A stretch of DNA of 64,000 nt from Blepharisma stoltei ATCC 30299 (taxonomy: Eukaryota; Protista; Ciliophora), in NCBI GenBank assembly GCA_965603825.1, contig CBFDEM010000062.1, positions 682,001-746,000 on the forward strand. Reading direction: 5' to 3'. Made by a program: the position numbers and the translations under genes. Shown here piece after piece: positions 35,913 to 48,410 of this stretch; the first letter of the stretch is position 1, and the number at the start of each line of letters is the position of its first letter. Under the pieces are notes generated by a model that was not told the DNA's origin, ran no database searches, and saw only the letters and a program-made list of their open reading frames with translations.

Positions 35913-35933
35913 ATTTGCTAAGTTTAAATATAA

Positions 35934-37877
35934 ATGTGGCATTATTTTTTGATACTTGCTGAAGTAACAGCTTTTTCTCTGCCTGGAGTCGCTCCAAAAG
36001 ACTACGAAGAAGGCTCAAAAATAGAACTTTCAGTTAATAAGCTAGATTCCTCAGAAACACAACTACCATTTGACTATTATTACCTGAATTTCTGCAAGCC
36101 AGCCCATCTTGAAAAGAAAAATGAAAATTTAGGCCAGATTTTGTCTGGAGACAGGCAAGAAAGTTCCCCATACGAAATTTATATGAAAATTAACCAAAAC
36201 TGCAAGTATCTAGGTACCATGAAAAATAATCATGACCAGGTAGAAAATTTCAAATGGATGATTGACAATCAGTACAGAGCCTCCTGGATGATGGACAATC
36301 TTCCATCAGGTCTGAGGCTGACAGCTAGTTTTGAGAACACTGAGCCTAAGCGGCTCTCATTTTATCAAGATGGGTTTCCAATAGGCTTCAAAAAGGACGG
36401 GAAATATTTTGTGAATAACCATGCACACATTATAGTAAAAGTTTATAACACATACCAAGGAAACGACCAGAGCCCTGATACCTGAAGAGTTGTAGGCTTT
36501 TTAGTTGAGCCTTTAAGCTTCTATAATAAAAGTCCAGAAAACTTAAAATGCTCTGAACAAGACTTTATTGACTATTTAGAGTACTCTAGAGAGCTAGAAG
36601 AACAGTTCGTGAATCCTGAAGAAATAATAGAAAACGGATTTGATGGATATATGACTGGAATTTTATATCAGATCCTAGAAAAAGACAAAAATATTACTTA
36701 TACTTATTCAGTGACCTTTGAAAAAAGTGATGTGCAATGGGCACATAGGTGGGAAATGTATTTGTATTCTGGAATGAATAAAGAAGTCCATTGGCTGTCA
36801 GTGATCAATTCTTTTGCGATGGTGCTGCTTTTATCTGGAATGGTAGCTAATATCCTGAGGAGAACTATAAATAAAGATATATCAAGATATAATGAAAATC
36901 TGGACTCTGAAGAGGAATCAGGATGGAAACAAGTCAGTGGGGATATTTTTAGACCGCCAAGCCATCCTATGTTCTTATCTGTATTAATTGGGTCTGGAAT
37001 CCAAGTAATTGGCATGGCCATTCTTACACTAGTTTTTGCCTGCTTAGGGTTCCTTTCTCCAGCCTATAGAGGAAGCTTATTGACAACTGCGATTGTCCTA
37101 TTTGCTTTTATGGGCGTTTTCGGAGGATACACAGCTTCAAGGTTTTATAAGATGTTTGATGGGGTAAATTGGAAAAGCTGTGCAATGGGCACTGCTTTTT
37201 TCTTCCCAGGTTTGTGCTTTATTATGTTCTTTGTTATAAACTTATTGATAAGAAGTGAAGAAAGCTCAGGGGCTGTCCCATTTTTTACTCTTATAACACT
37301 TTTAGTGCTATGGTTTGGGATTTCTGTGCCTTTAGTATTTTTAGGCAGCGCAATGGGATATAGAAAACCTACAATTCAGGTGCCCTGGAAAATAAATAAA
37401 ATTCCTAGACCTTTGAGCACTATGGCAGGATCCTGAAAAATTAGCTTGATTGGCTTATTAGCAGGTTCATTGCCATTCGGGTGTATGTTTATTGAAATTA
37501 GTTATATAATGAAAAGCTTATGACACCACACACTATTTTATTATTTATTCGGATTTTTATTATTGTGCTGTATCGTTTTAGTTATTACATCCGCAGAAGT
37601 ATCAATTTTATTAGTATATTTATTACTTTGCAAAGAAGACTACCGATGGTGGTGGCTTTCAGCATGAGTCTCTGGGTCATCAGGGATATATTTATTTCTC
37701 TATGCAATTATCTACTACTCAACTGAGCTGAATATATCTCGATTTTCTTCTTCAGTTATTTATTTTGGCTATATGTTTCTTGGCAGTATAGCGTTCGGGA
37801 TTGTGACAAGCACTATTGGCTTTCTAGCAGCCTACATATTTGTGAGGAGGATATATTCATTAATAAAACTTGATTAG
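35934..37877 (+). CDS. Transmembrane 9 superfamily (EMP70/TM9SF) protein
   Basis: [55 protein letters not shown]-terminal KLD; 4 TGA; ends TAG. Confidence 0.95.
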
Positions 37878-37971
37878 CCTACATAATAAATTTATTTATA
37901 TAAAAATCGTATTATTTTTAACCTTCTTAATTTCAAACTTTTTCCTCAAATAGTAATTTTTATTAACAGTT

Positions 37972-38934
37972 ATGACAAAGGTGATAAGTCCTAAAGAACG
38001 AGAAAAGCAGATGGAAGAGACCCGCAAAAAGTTCTTCGAAGAATCAAAATTTGACCCTTATAATCAGCGACTAGGGCTTTTTTCATTTGTTGGGACTACT
38101 GCGATTTCAGATGACACTTATTCAAAAGGTAAAGTCCCATTAAGAAATGAAGATGGCTCAGTTAAAACAGCCCCGAAAAATTTTTTGACTACCAGAGGTA
38201 AGCGTGGGAAAACTCCTGACTGTTATTTTTCGTCATATGAGTATATAGAAGATCGATATGACTCTAAAAAGCGAAATCAAAGTGTCAAGGCAAAATCTGA
38301 ACAAATCAAGAAGATTCATGAAAACCCGTGGAAACCTGATGGTCCTGTAAAGACTGTTTACTCAGTCTACCCTAGTATGCCTACGATGAACTTTAAACAA
38401 ATTAAAAGAAAACTCCCAGATGGAGGTGTTTATACAGAACCCAAAAATTTTCTTACGAGTCCTCCAAAAAAAGGAGAACCTAACTGCACACCTGGCGTAT
38501 TATTAGGGGATTATCCACATGAGCCAGATCCGTATGATAGAAAAGACCAAATGGCTAGAGAACAAGCAAGAAAAGATAAAGCAAAAATGCAGGAGCAGCC
38601 GTTTAAATCAACAGTTTTTGGGGAAAGGCCTTTTTTTGATGATAAAACTACTTATGGAGGTGAAAACCCTAAGCCAAGAGATAAGCGACCTGCCACTTTT
38701 AATGGGGTGCAGCATGACAAGCCATTCATCCCTCCTAACCCAATAAGAGAAGGAAGCACTCTCTCTCCATTCCCTGAACACATGCCAGACCCTTATGATC
38801 CTGCAAAGAAAAAAGACAAAAAAGAAATAACCCCATGGAAAACTACATATAGAGAAGTGACAAAACCATGTGTCTCAGTCTCAAGTATGATTGTTAATCT
38901 TAGAAGTGAGTATCCTTCCCTAAGACATAGATAA
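37972..38934 (+). CDS. Cilia-associated CFAP96/C4orf47-like protein
   Basis: RLGLFS N-terminal motif, repeated PKNFLT(SPPKKG), and PDPYD...R...PFK repeats. Confidence 0.7.
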   Translation: MTKVISPKEREKQMEETRKKFFEESKFDPYNQRLGLFSFVGTTAISDDTYSKGKVPLRNEDGSVKTAPKNFLTTRGKRGKTPDCYFSSYEYIEDRYDSKKRNQSVKAKSEQIKKIHENPWKPDGPVKTVYSVYPSMPTMNFKQIKRKLPDGGVYTEPKNFLTSPPKKGEPNCTPGVLLGDYPHEPDPYDRKDQMAREQARKDKAKMQEQPFKSTVFGERPFFDDKTTYGGENPKPRDKRPATFNGVQHDKPFIPPNPIREGSTLSPFPEHMPDPYDPAKKKDKKEITPWKTTYREVTKPCVSVSSMIVNLRSEYPSLRHR

Positions 38935-39006
38935 ATAATATAATAAAAATTTTCTACCGAGCTTATACTCAGCTTAAATTATATGATAAAGAACTTAAAA
39001 GTTACT

Positions 39007-40401
39007 TTATGATTGCTTTATAGGAGGCTTATCATGTTTCCCTAAAGTTTCTAGTAGATAAAGATGAGCCTTTATAGCTGCCCAGAACGTAGGGTACTGA
39101 ACATATTTCAACCCATTTTCTTTGCAAGCAGCCTGCACAATCTTCGCAATTTCAGGATAATTGGTATGCACATAACCAGGGAATAAGTGATGCTCAATCT
39201 GATGATTTAGCCCTCCAGATAGATTAGTCCACAGAAAAGAATCCAATGCAAAATTAACAGAGTTAACTACTTGTAAGACTCCCCAGTTGCTATTCCCAAT
39301 AGTAGAGTTATCTACAAATCCTGCATCAAGTGTCCAATGGTTAACTGCAAAGAAAAGAGCATATCCCAAGCTAAAAGATCCCATATAAAGCGACATAATT
39401 GGAACCACATTAAGATACCCATGGATATAGCTTGGTATCAAAATCGCATAAAACAGCCAACAGACTTTTACTAAGTTTTGCAATAAAAAGTCTTTGAATA
39501 GAGCTGAGCCTCTTCTATTAGGGAAATTTGACATCCAAAAGAAGTCGTCAAAGGTACCAAAAAGGTCGCCAAGATTAGTGGCAGAATATAAGGCAAGGGC
39601 GTATAAGTGCTGATATCTATGATACCAATATCTTGGCTGGTTCATATGCAAGCGTAGCCATGGGAACGACGTGTCAAAAGCTCTATCAAGCTCATAATGG
39701 TTTACACAAGAGTGATGGCCGTAGTTATGGGATCGTCTGTAAACTACGCTTGAAGAGCCTACTATGTCTAGTGAGTATCCAGCAGCCCATGTCATTTGCT
39801 TATTGCTTGTCCAAGCCCCATGGTTTCCATCATGCATAATATTGACTCCAACTTGGCTTGCAAAAAATCCTAAAATTATAGCAGACCACCAAGTACAGAA
39901 ATAAATGTAATTAAAAAGGGCGAAAAAGTAGCCGAAAAATATGAAGCAGCCTTTAAAAGTCATCCATAAGCTGTTCCTTCTTTTTTCATAAGGAATGGCT
40001 GCTTCTACCTTTTGCTTCAAATTTTTATAAAAGTCGCCATCCCACTTATAGAAGTCTTGGTAATCTCTAACTTCACCAATGCAATATTTTTGAGGGATCC
40101 CTTGAGCAAGAGTGCTAAGAGGGTGATAACTTTCCCATACGCCAGTGCAGTCGCCACCTGCGCCATCGTATATCATTTTTCCTCCGGGGTGGTAAGGCAC
40201 CCATTTGGTGACGTCGTATACTTTTTCGTGAACTACGATTCAGCAGTCGTCTTCTTTATCATGCTTAACGATTTCTTCCCAAGTGTATTGTCGATAGCCT
40301 GTTTTTTTATGAACTACAAAATCACGAACTCCTGTATATCTTCGGCACCAATCGTACCAGCACTCACCTGAATTATCAAGAGTTGCTTTAGCAGTCGCCA
40401 T
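39007..40401 (-). CDS. Cytochrome b5-fused front-end fatty acid desaturase
   Basis: DDC[W]IVVHEKVYDVT.W..YHPGG cytochrome b5 domain; His boxes HDGNH, HNYGHH, QIEHHLFP; ATG 40401. Confidence 0.93.
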
Positions 40402-41034
40402 AATTTTATACGAAACTTATGAATTGGCTGTGGATTCTGTTTTGATAAATTAGCTGCTAATAAATATCATAAATATTCGGAAATATAAATCTCTGCTCTA
40501 TGTAAAGCTTTAGTATGGTTTATTACTTTTATTAATTATTCTTATTTCAATATTAAATAAAAATATGTTTTGTTCATCAACAATTGAGCGATGAGACTAT
40601 TTATCAGAAATAGGATTATAATATCAAGCTCATACCTAAAATCGTTTGTTAGGAATCTCATAAATCTAACAAGCCTCTCAATTTATAGCTACAATAATTA
40701 ACTCCAGTGAATATAAGCATATAAATAATAATTTAAGCACAGCGCTATAGTAATAGAACATTAATCTCAGAATCTACTTAGCATTTAAATTGAAAATAAA
40801 ATTATGCTTAGCATATCATATTAATCTAGAATAATTATTTCTATTTTCTAATTATCAAGTAAAATTTTATGGAAATCTAATGAATCTCGCTAAATCGAAA
40901 ATAAATTCATCCCGATTACTCTTAATTATTCTAAAATCAGCCAATCATATTTTTAATGCTCGGTTAAAACTTAAATGTCCTAATAACAATCTCCAATAAA
41001 ATAAAATCGCTATCAATCGTCAAAAACAAAACCC

Positions 41035-41298
41035 ATGAAGCAACCCGAGCAGCTAATCTTGACCCCTGGCCAAGTTCCTACAGATTCCGCTAATGAAGCC
41101 AGCCTAACAGAAGTGCAATCACCGAGAACGCTACTGAGGAAGAAATTACGGAAATTATCTCAAAAAACAATTTTTCCACCTAAAACGCCTCACAATACAA
41201 CACAATATCTAATTGGGATTAAGCCATTAGTATTGAGTGACACACAGGCGTTGCTGGGAACAATGCTTTCCTTTAATGTCAACCTTATTTTTAAGTAA
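41035..41298 (+). CDS. Small protein with HEXIM-like PHNTTQYL motif
   Basis: 87-aa ATG..TAA ORF; basic patch RKKLRKLSQK followed by PKTPHNTTQYLI. Confidence 0.6.
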   Translation: MKQPEQLILTPGQVPTDSANEASLTEVQSPRTLLRKKLRKLSQKTIFPPKTPHNTTQYLIGIKPLVLSDTQALLGTMLSFNVNLIFK

Positions 41299-41390
41299 TC
41301 AAAACTTTTTGAAACTTAAAGAGTAATAATTTGTTTCTCTTTAAGCCATTTTCCTCTTAAGATTAACGTGATAAAATAGATAAATTTATA

Positions 41391-41457
41391 AGATCGGCTC
41401 AGCCCTATCATTGAGCATCCATATGAGTCATGAAGCAAAGCGTCATCACGGCCATCT
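41391..41457 (-). ncRNA. Box C/D snoRNA with guides to 28S rRNA
   Basis: C box GTGATGA (41449-41443), D box CTGA (41402-41399), terminal stem AGATGGC/GCC(G)ATCT, internal D'-like ATGA. Guide CAATGATAGG is complementary to the 28S at 24481-24490. Confidence 0.8.
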
Positions 41458-41645
41458 TAATTTTATAATCTAGCCATTAATAACAAGTACTTAAAATAAT
41501 AAAAATAGTTCGCTGACAAATTTAAGGATAATTATTTCATTTTTATTCACAAGTCTCAATAATTTAAACTTTTATTTCTCCTTTCCTGATCCCTTCTCTT
41601 TTAAATTCCAGAAAAATGATTTAAAAGTAACATTAATAAGAAAGA

Positions 41646-43139
41646 ATGATAGGAGACCGATACGAAGTGAGTGTATTAACTGTAGAATTATTATGTAAAG
41701 AAAATTCGGCTTTAAGCTGTCATATATCGGTGGGTGATCATATAAGTGGCGTAATTTCTCCCATTAATTCAGATAGCGACCAAAGTGCTGTGAAATTGCG
41801 GAGGGACAAACTTATAAAATTTTGTGTAGTTAATATAGAAACCGCAGAAGAAATCGGTAGCATAGAAATACAAGGCTCTCTTTTGCCAACTGAAGGCTTC
41901 CAATGGCTGCCTTTATTTAAAGATCAATGTAGAGAAATTTTATCTCTCCCTTTAAAAGTGCCCGCCCCTCGTTTACTCGTTTTACTGAACACCCACACAG
42001 GATTACTCCCAGTCCACGAAGCAACAGAACACTCAGAATCTGATTCTCAAAGCGAGTCTATATCTTCTGGAGAAAATGACTTCATGCCTGAACTCAAGTT
42101 GATTCAAACATCCTATACCCTTCCTCCTGACCAATTTCAAGAATATGACTTAGAATCCTGCTATTCTGCATTAGAAAACGAAAATGATTTATTAAGGCAA
42201 GAAATCGAGAGAAACCAAAGGAATTATTTTTCCAGCATTATGTCACTTAATTATGAAATTGAGGAGGTTAAAAAGAAAGAAAAGAAGACTAATGTGATGA
42301 ATAAAATATTGCAGGAAGAAATCGGGGAAATTAACGAAAAACTAAAGGATGAAATTAAGGAAAAAGAAAAAGTAGTGAAGGAAAAAGAAGAAATTAAAGA
42401 AAATTTTGAAAAAGTGAAAGCTGATGCAAAAGCCAAGGAGGATTCATTGCTAATGATATTGGAAAGCAAGGATAGCGTTATTTATAAAAAGCAATGCGAA
42501 ATTGATAACTTAAAAAAAGAGGTGCAAGGGTTAAAAGAAAAAAGCGAGAGCCTAAAGGAAAATGGAAAAGAAATCGAGATGCTTAAACAGCAAATTGAAG
42601 AGCTAAAAACAAAGCTAAATCAAACAGAAAATGAAACTAAAGCTGAAAATGAGCATGAAGAACTGCATGCAGCAGTTCAAAAATACTTAAACGAAAAGAA
42701 TATCCCTGGCCTCTTCAAGCTGATACAAAACAATAAATACTCGTGCGGAACAGATATTTACATTTTGACACTGAAAAACGGAAAAATTTTTTGCACTAAA
42801 GAAATCCCGATCGAACGTATCGTGGCATCGAATTTAAGAATAAATCCTTCAGCTACCTACAATAAAACACCTGAGACATATAAAACTCCAGTTAGAGGGC
42901 ATATGAATCAGACAAGAAATTATAACCCAGATGGCGCTGAAACAGAAAATTCTGAAGAAATATTCAGCAGGTCATCTTTCAGCTCAGAAAAAACTGTCTC
43001 AAACACCCCAGAATTAGCCCACAAGCGTGTATCAAAAAGGATTGTGAATGTCTCAAATTTTACTAAAAGCAGTGTTTCTCCTTTGAGAGAAATTACAAAA
43101 AAAGATTCCAAATCTTTTAAAAGAGCTTCATTTAAATAA
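41646..43139 (+). CDS. Coiled-coil protein with globular N-terminus
   Basis: 497-aa ORF; long E/K coiled coil and Ser-rich basic tail. Confidence 0.8.
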   Translation: MIGDRYEVSVLTVELLCKENSALSCHISVGDHISGVISPINSDSDQSAVKLRRDKLIKFCVVNIETAEEIGSIEIQGSLLPTEGFQWLPLFKDQCREILSLPLKVPAPRLLVLLNTHTGLLPVHEATEHSESDSQSESISSGENDFMPELKLIQTSYTLPPDQFQEYDLESCYSALENENDLLRQEIERNQRNYFSSIMSLNYEIEEVKKKEKKTNVMNKILQEEIGEINEKLKDEIKEKEKVVKEKEEIKENFEKVKADAKAKEDSLLMILESKDSVIYKKQCEIDNLKKEVQGLKEKSESLKENGKEIEMLKQQIEELKTKLNQTENETKAENEHEELHAAVQKYLNEKNIPGLFKLIQNNKYSCGTDIYILTLKNGKIFCTKEIPIERIVASNLRINPSATYNKTPETYKTPVRGHMNQTRNYNPDGAETENSEEIFSRSSFSSEKTVSNTPELAHKRVSKRIVNVSNFTKSSVSPLREITKKDSKSFKRASFK

Positions 43140-43164
43140 CTTAAATAAATTAGCTCAAAATTTT

Positions 43165-44382
43165 CTAATCATTTATTTTTGGATTTTCTGAGTTTAAAGT
43201 ACTTGAATCGTCAATCTTGATTTGTGTATTCGGAATTTTGTAAGAAATAATAAAAAATATCCCAAAACTCACAGAAGTCAAAATCCCAATCATCCATAAA
43301 GCAGATAGATTTGATAGCTCATAAAAAGATATAATAGGGTATGTATAAATAAGACCAAATAAGGTAGCTAAAAAGAAGATCATATTAGACGGTATTGATT
43401 CTTCTAGTTTTGAGTTTTGTTGAAGTGCTGCTCTAATTCCTAAAGGGATGTGGCCAATTAATCCAAAGCCAACTATCATGCTTCCAAAGATAGAAACTAT
43501 ATAGTCACCATCTAGCGAAGCCCATACCATTATAGATGCTATAGACATTATCAAAAATACCCTTAAAGATCAAAGGACTGAGTTGTATCTCATTGCAATG
43601 TAAGATGCAATTAGTCCTCCTGTCAGCCCAGAAAAAGACATAATAAATCCTAATCAGCCTACTTGTATCATGGTAATTCCATTATGCTCTAATATTAAAG
43701 ATAAAACTCCAATTAAAGCATAGCTTATTCCTATTCCTGAGCCTGAGCAAAAAACAATGCACATCATCATAGGATCCTTAATCAGTGTAATTGCTCCTCT
43801 TAGCATATCCGATTCCTTTCTTTTTAAAGGATCTTTACTAGAGCACAAAATATTTAGTGATGTAACAATAGTAGAAAATACAGCATGAGACAAATTTAAT
43901 ATCGGTATATTTTTCACATACGGTCCTAATATAAACGAAGTCCCCATCCCAATAAAATTGCTAATACTTCCTACAGCAATTGCAATGCCCTGATCTTCTT
44001 GTTGAAATCATAAGAAAGCTAACGTTAAGCATCCGCATAAAATTAGCATATTTGTTGAAGCAAAAATAAACTGCCCAAACAAAGCTATATAATAATCATG
44101 CCCAGCCAAATATTTAACTCAACACCCAACAAAAGCAGAAATTCAAGATGCCATCATGGTTCAATGATAAGACTTGCTTAAAATCCAAGGTGTGATTGGT
44201 GCAGAAGCAATCGAGGTGATCATGAAGCTTGTTATAAACATAGTAATTTGGTCTTCGTTCGCATTATAATATTTTTCAGCTTCTTCTGATATAGAACTAA
44301 AAGCGCAAAAAACAGCACCATTGATAAAATTTAGACAAAAATATAGGAAAAGCATGATCCAATTTTTTCCTAATATATTCAT
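43165..44382 (-). CDS. MFS transporter (FLVCR/SLC49-like)
   Basis: One hydrophobic frame with 6 TGA; ALFGQFIFA...LAFL[W]FQQEDQGIAIAVGSISNFIG pattern; ends TAG. Confidence 0.8.
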
Positions 44383-44454
44383 GATTTTATTATTAAATAC
44401 CTGTTGAAAATAAATGGAATTCTGTCCATTTCTAATTCATTTGAAAATAGATGT

Positions 44455-45849
44455 TTAAATTATTATTTTCGGGTGGTCTTTATATGCTATATCATCAGGG
44501 ATTGTAACGAGTGATTGATTATTGTCATGAGCTTCGCAGTTTGTATTATTTTCAAAAGTCAGAAGAACGTTGGATTCTTCTAAAGAGCAGTCTCTTTTGC
44601 ATAAGCAGCAAGTCTAGATAATTATTACTTTGCTAGTAAGAAATCACTCTTCTATACATAAAGTATGAAATAAATGATTACAGGGCAGCATTCTCACTGT
44701 GGAATTCCCTTGGAATTGCTCAAAGCAGATCGCACAAGTCAAATTTGAATTATGAGTCAGGCTAATCGTAGAAAATTGTAGCGCCGGGTACTTTTTGTTT
44801 ATAAACGACGCTGAAAGCCCAGGGGACCCTTCTTGCTCCTTCATTGTTTCATTAAAAAGCCAGCACTTCTTCCATTTGCAATATAATGTTACAGCAATAA
44901 CAAAAGCGATGAATCCAATGACCACGCTGATGCTATAAAAAAGGACCGGTTTATCTCTTATAGAGGAGTCTGACTCTTTGTATCTAATATACAGATCCAA
45001 TGAGCTATTCGGGTTCATTTTATTGTACAGCAAAAAATACAGTCGTCCTTTGATCTTTGTGACATCAATGTCAAGCGACCTTGAATTATCTGACCCTTGG
45101 AGAATCACTGATAAATAATAATTATAAAGCGATGGCAGACTTGACGGCCTAAGTAGAAATTACGAGTTTCCATCATAATTCAGCAACAAAATCCCAGCAT
45201 TTCCTTCTCACTCCATTTCTAGCTTTATTTCGTTGGATTTTATAGGGCTCATATTGATATACCCATAAGTTTTCCCATATACAGGAGCTCTAATAACAGA
45301 TTCTGATTCCTTTAGCTCGACTGCTGGGATTCTGCAGCTTTGGCCTATAAACCCGCTAAAACAATTACATTTATTTAAAGAAACACAATTTCCATTGCCG
45401 CTGCAATCGTTTGGGCATAGAATCCGTTCTTTTGAGTCCAGCCCTATTTTATATTTCATAGAGCTGGATTCAAAATTGGCGTTTCCAACTCCGACATATA
45501 TTTCTGGCCAGCTTGATATCTCTGAGCTCAGCAATATAAGGGAATGATGATTTGATTCGGAGTAAAATTCATCGAAATCAACAAAATCTGCTATAACTGA
45601 TGACTGGCTGCTCCCAAAAACAGGTTTTTTGCTGCTTAGGGCAAGAACTGGTCTTGCGTTTCCTTGACTTGAAGTTATTTCTAACCATATCCTTAGATAT
45701 GTTTTTAGAAATAAAGGTCTTGGGAGAGTATAATAAGTCCATTGGTTTGAATTGCTCGTTTCTATCACGTCTTCGGGATTAAGGCTGATGTTTTTTTGGC
45801 TTTTGATTGTCAATATTGACAAAGACAACAGGATTGAAGTCATAATCAT
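44455..45849 (-). CDS. Signal peptide + EGF-like + TM + RING-H2 putative E3 ligase; two 15-nt introns
   Basis: CPNDCSGNGNC...CNCFSGFIGQSC EGF; TM VLFYSISVVIGFIAFVIAVTLY; CAICFEQF...LPCNHLFHTLCIEE[W]FLTSK/TCCLCKR. Confidence 0.88.
44614..44628 (-). other. 15-nt intron (phase 0)
   Basis: GTAATAATTATCTAG with in-frame TAG; removal completes the last CxxC of the RING-H2. Confidence 0.92.
45149..45163 (-). other. 15-nt intron (phase 2)
   Basis: GTAATTTCTACTTAG with in-frame TAA; removal joins the EGF ectodomain to the TM-RING. Confidence 0.9.
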
Positions 45850-47264
45850 CTTAAAATAATATTTTATTATCCTTTTTATAAAATTGTGTGTTAGAAGATA
45901 TGATAATCGATTTTGTATCAAATTAAGAAACTATGTGAATTCTTTGAAAATGAGGTAATGAAGATTTACCAGACCACATATTTTCATAAGAAATGGATTT
46001 AGGAGATATTAAATTTGAATTATTTTTAGCTGTTTAGATTAAAGATAAAATCTATTCGTTAATGATTAATAAAATTTAGTAGGAACTTCTAATCAGTTAA
46101 TTATTCCTAAGTTTATTTACTTTTTCGATTTATGTAAACATGGAACATTCTTGAATTATAATGCCAAATGCAATGCTATTTTAGCGATTTCAAAGAGAAA
46201 AGTGACGAAATACATAAAAAATTCTTGTGAGGCTTAATTGAAATTCCTTTTAATTTTTTCACCATGTTAGCAGTAAAGATGAGAGAGAAATTTAGTGAAA
46301 ATAGAATGCTTTCTTTACCAAATTTAATGCCAGTATGCTCAATGAAAATTAGTAATCCTTAAAAACTTTTCCTTATAAGTGTAAGAATTGTTTTTTGATT
46401 TTCAGTGAGTATGAATTAATCATTTTATAATTTTTCAAAAAACGAATAATTCAGAGTTTGATACCTTAAATATTTCACATTGCTATTAAAAAATAAAGCT
46501 ATCATTGATTTCAATTAAATACAACATTTGGCTTTAAATAACTGCTTAACCCTTTTTATGAAAATATTCTCATGTTTTGCTTATATAAAATTCTATCGGA
46601 TATAATTTGATAAGCGTTTTATATGAAACAAGTATTCCACTAATTTTACGTTTTTAGATAATTAGCTTAAATTAATAATTGTGTGTATTTTTTACAAGTT
46701 AGGTGTTATGCATATTTTATTGAACTTTAATTATTTGATTTCTTGGTTTGCGGCTACGGTAATTGTGCAGCATTTTTCAAAACTTTCGAAAGCAATGATA
46801 TTTAGATTAGCTGAATATATAAGGTACACATCTTTTTTTCGAAGCCAGTGAGTGATGTTATCAAATTAGGTAGCTTCGCCTCTGGCTACTTTGTGTTTAT
46901 GCCAAAATTCCTATTCTTGATACCAATATACTCTATTGGGAAATCAGGCAACTCTTCTTGGGTATCACCATTTCCATCTCAGTCACCTCACCCATTACTA
47001 CTTTATCTCTGCATCCTACTCCTAGTCATATCGCTCACTAAAGAGAGGAGCATCCAACTAATTCTCCTCCTAGAGTGCTCCCTTTTTTCAGATCGTCCTG
47101 GAAAAGTGCTCAACTGTTTGAGTCGCAAGTAATAACCAAAGAATTAAGTCACAACCAGGAGATTTGGAACGAATGCTCCTGAAGCTGTTGGGCTTAAAAT
47201 CCATGCCTAGATATGTGCAGAAAATCGTCTTGAGAGGATAAGTCGGCTATTCTAACTATTTTAT

Positions 47265-48410
47265 TTATATTCAAAAAGCGATGATAATTGCTGTAAGATT
47301 ATCATTACTTCTTTTTTTCATGCTTTGTGAGATTATTGCTTCGACTGCATTCCTGCAAGAATTTGAAGCTAAATCCTCAGATTTTTTATTGCTTTCTCAC
47401 ACAGTTGTCACTACATCTTTCGAGCTCATTACATCAAAAATTCCATCACATCCCATCACAATGAAATCATGCTGCTTTTTGATTTTAAATGATTTTATCT
47501 CTGGAATAGCAATAAGGACATTTGGATTTCCTCCGAAATCAGCATTTTTAGCATCAATGTCTCCAAAAGTTCTGCTAACAGAAAGTCTTCCAGGTAATAC
47601 TCTGTAAATCTTGTTCGGTGAGCTCGAGTTAAAGTAAATTTTTCCGCCTTGTAATTGAATTCTAGCTTGCTCATCTGGGTCATTTGGTTTATGGTCCCTT
47701 GTAATTGTGAAAACCTGCTGGCCCTGAGATCCACTCATGACTGCTCTTGAATCCCCGAGATTGGCCACATAGCAAATTTTTCCTATAATGAGGACTACAA
47801 GGGCACAAGATCCTGATTTTTCACCAGTGTCCCTTGCTACATTTAAGAAATCTATCTCAGCCTGTGCAAATCCTCTTAATATAGCTTGCTTTGGAGATTC
47901 AGGAAAAAAATGATCATTTATTATATAATGGTGCAAATTATCTCTTAAGAAGTTAGAGCAAGCTTTGCCACCATGCCCATCGTAAAGCCCGAAAAAAGAG
48001 CAATCTGTTCATATCTTTTTTGCGGGGTGTGATGTATTTTTAATTTTGAGAATAATCATTGCTTTGTCTTCATTATAAATTCGAGTTAGTCCTTGATGAG
48101 TATTGGCTGCGTATGCTTTAATTTTTCCAAATGATGAATTTGAGACTGTTGATGGGTTTAAGCGAGGTATAGCTCGGTCTGTGAGAAGAATATTTGGCAA
48201 AGTTTGAGTAGTTTCTAGTCTCCTACCGTTGAATGGTTTAATTTCAGGCAACTTGCTTAAATTTGGAGTCGAGCAATTAAGGTGCTCCACTCATTTACTA
48301 AAGTTGTTTTTTGAAGTCTTTAAAGTAGGTGTTTCAGACATCCCAAAATTTTTAATCTCTGGTAAATTGGTATACGATTGATTTTTTAAGCCTTTGAATG
48401 TGAAATTCAT
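47265..48410 (-). CDS. PP2C phosphatase, most divergent tandem paralog
   Basis: Continuous with 3 internal TGA (48291, 48009, 47397), two of them opposite TGG in the paralogs. The C-terminus reads AF[W]I*, possibly from a 1-nt T insertion. Confidence 0.8.
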
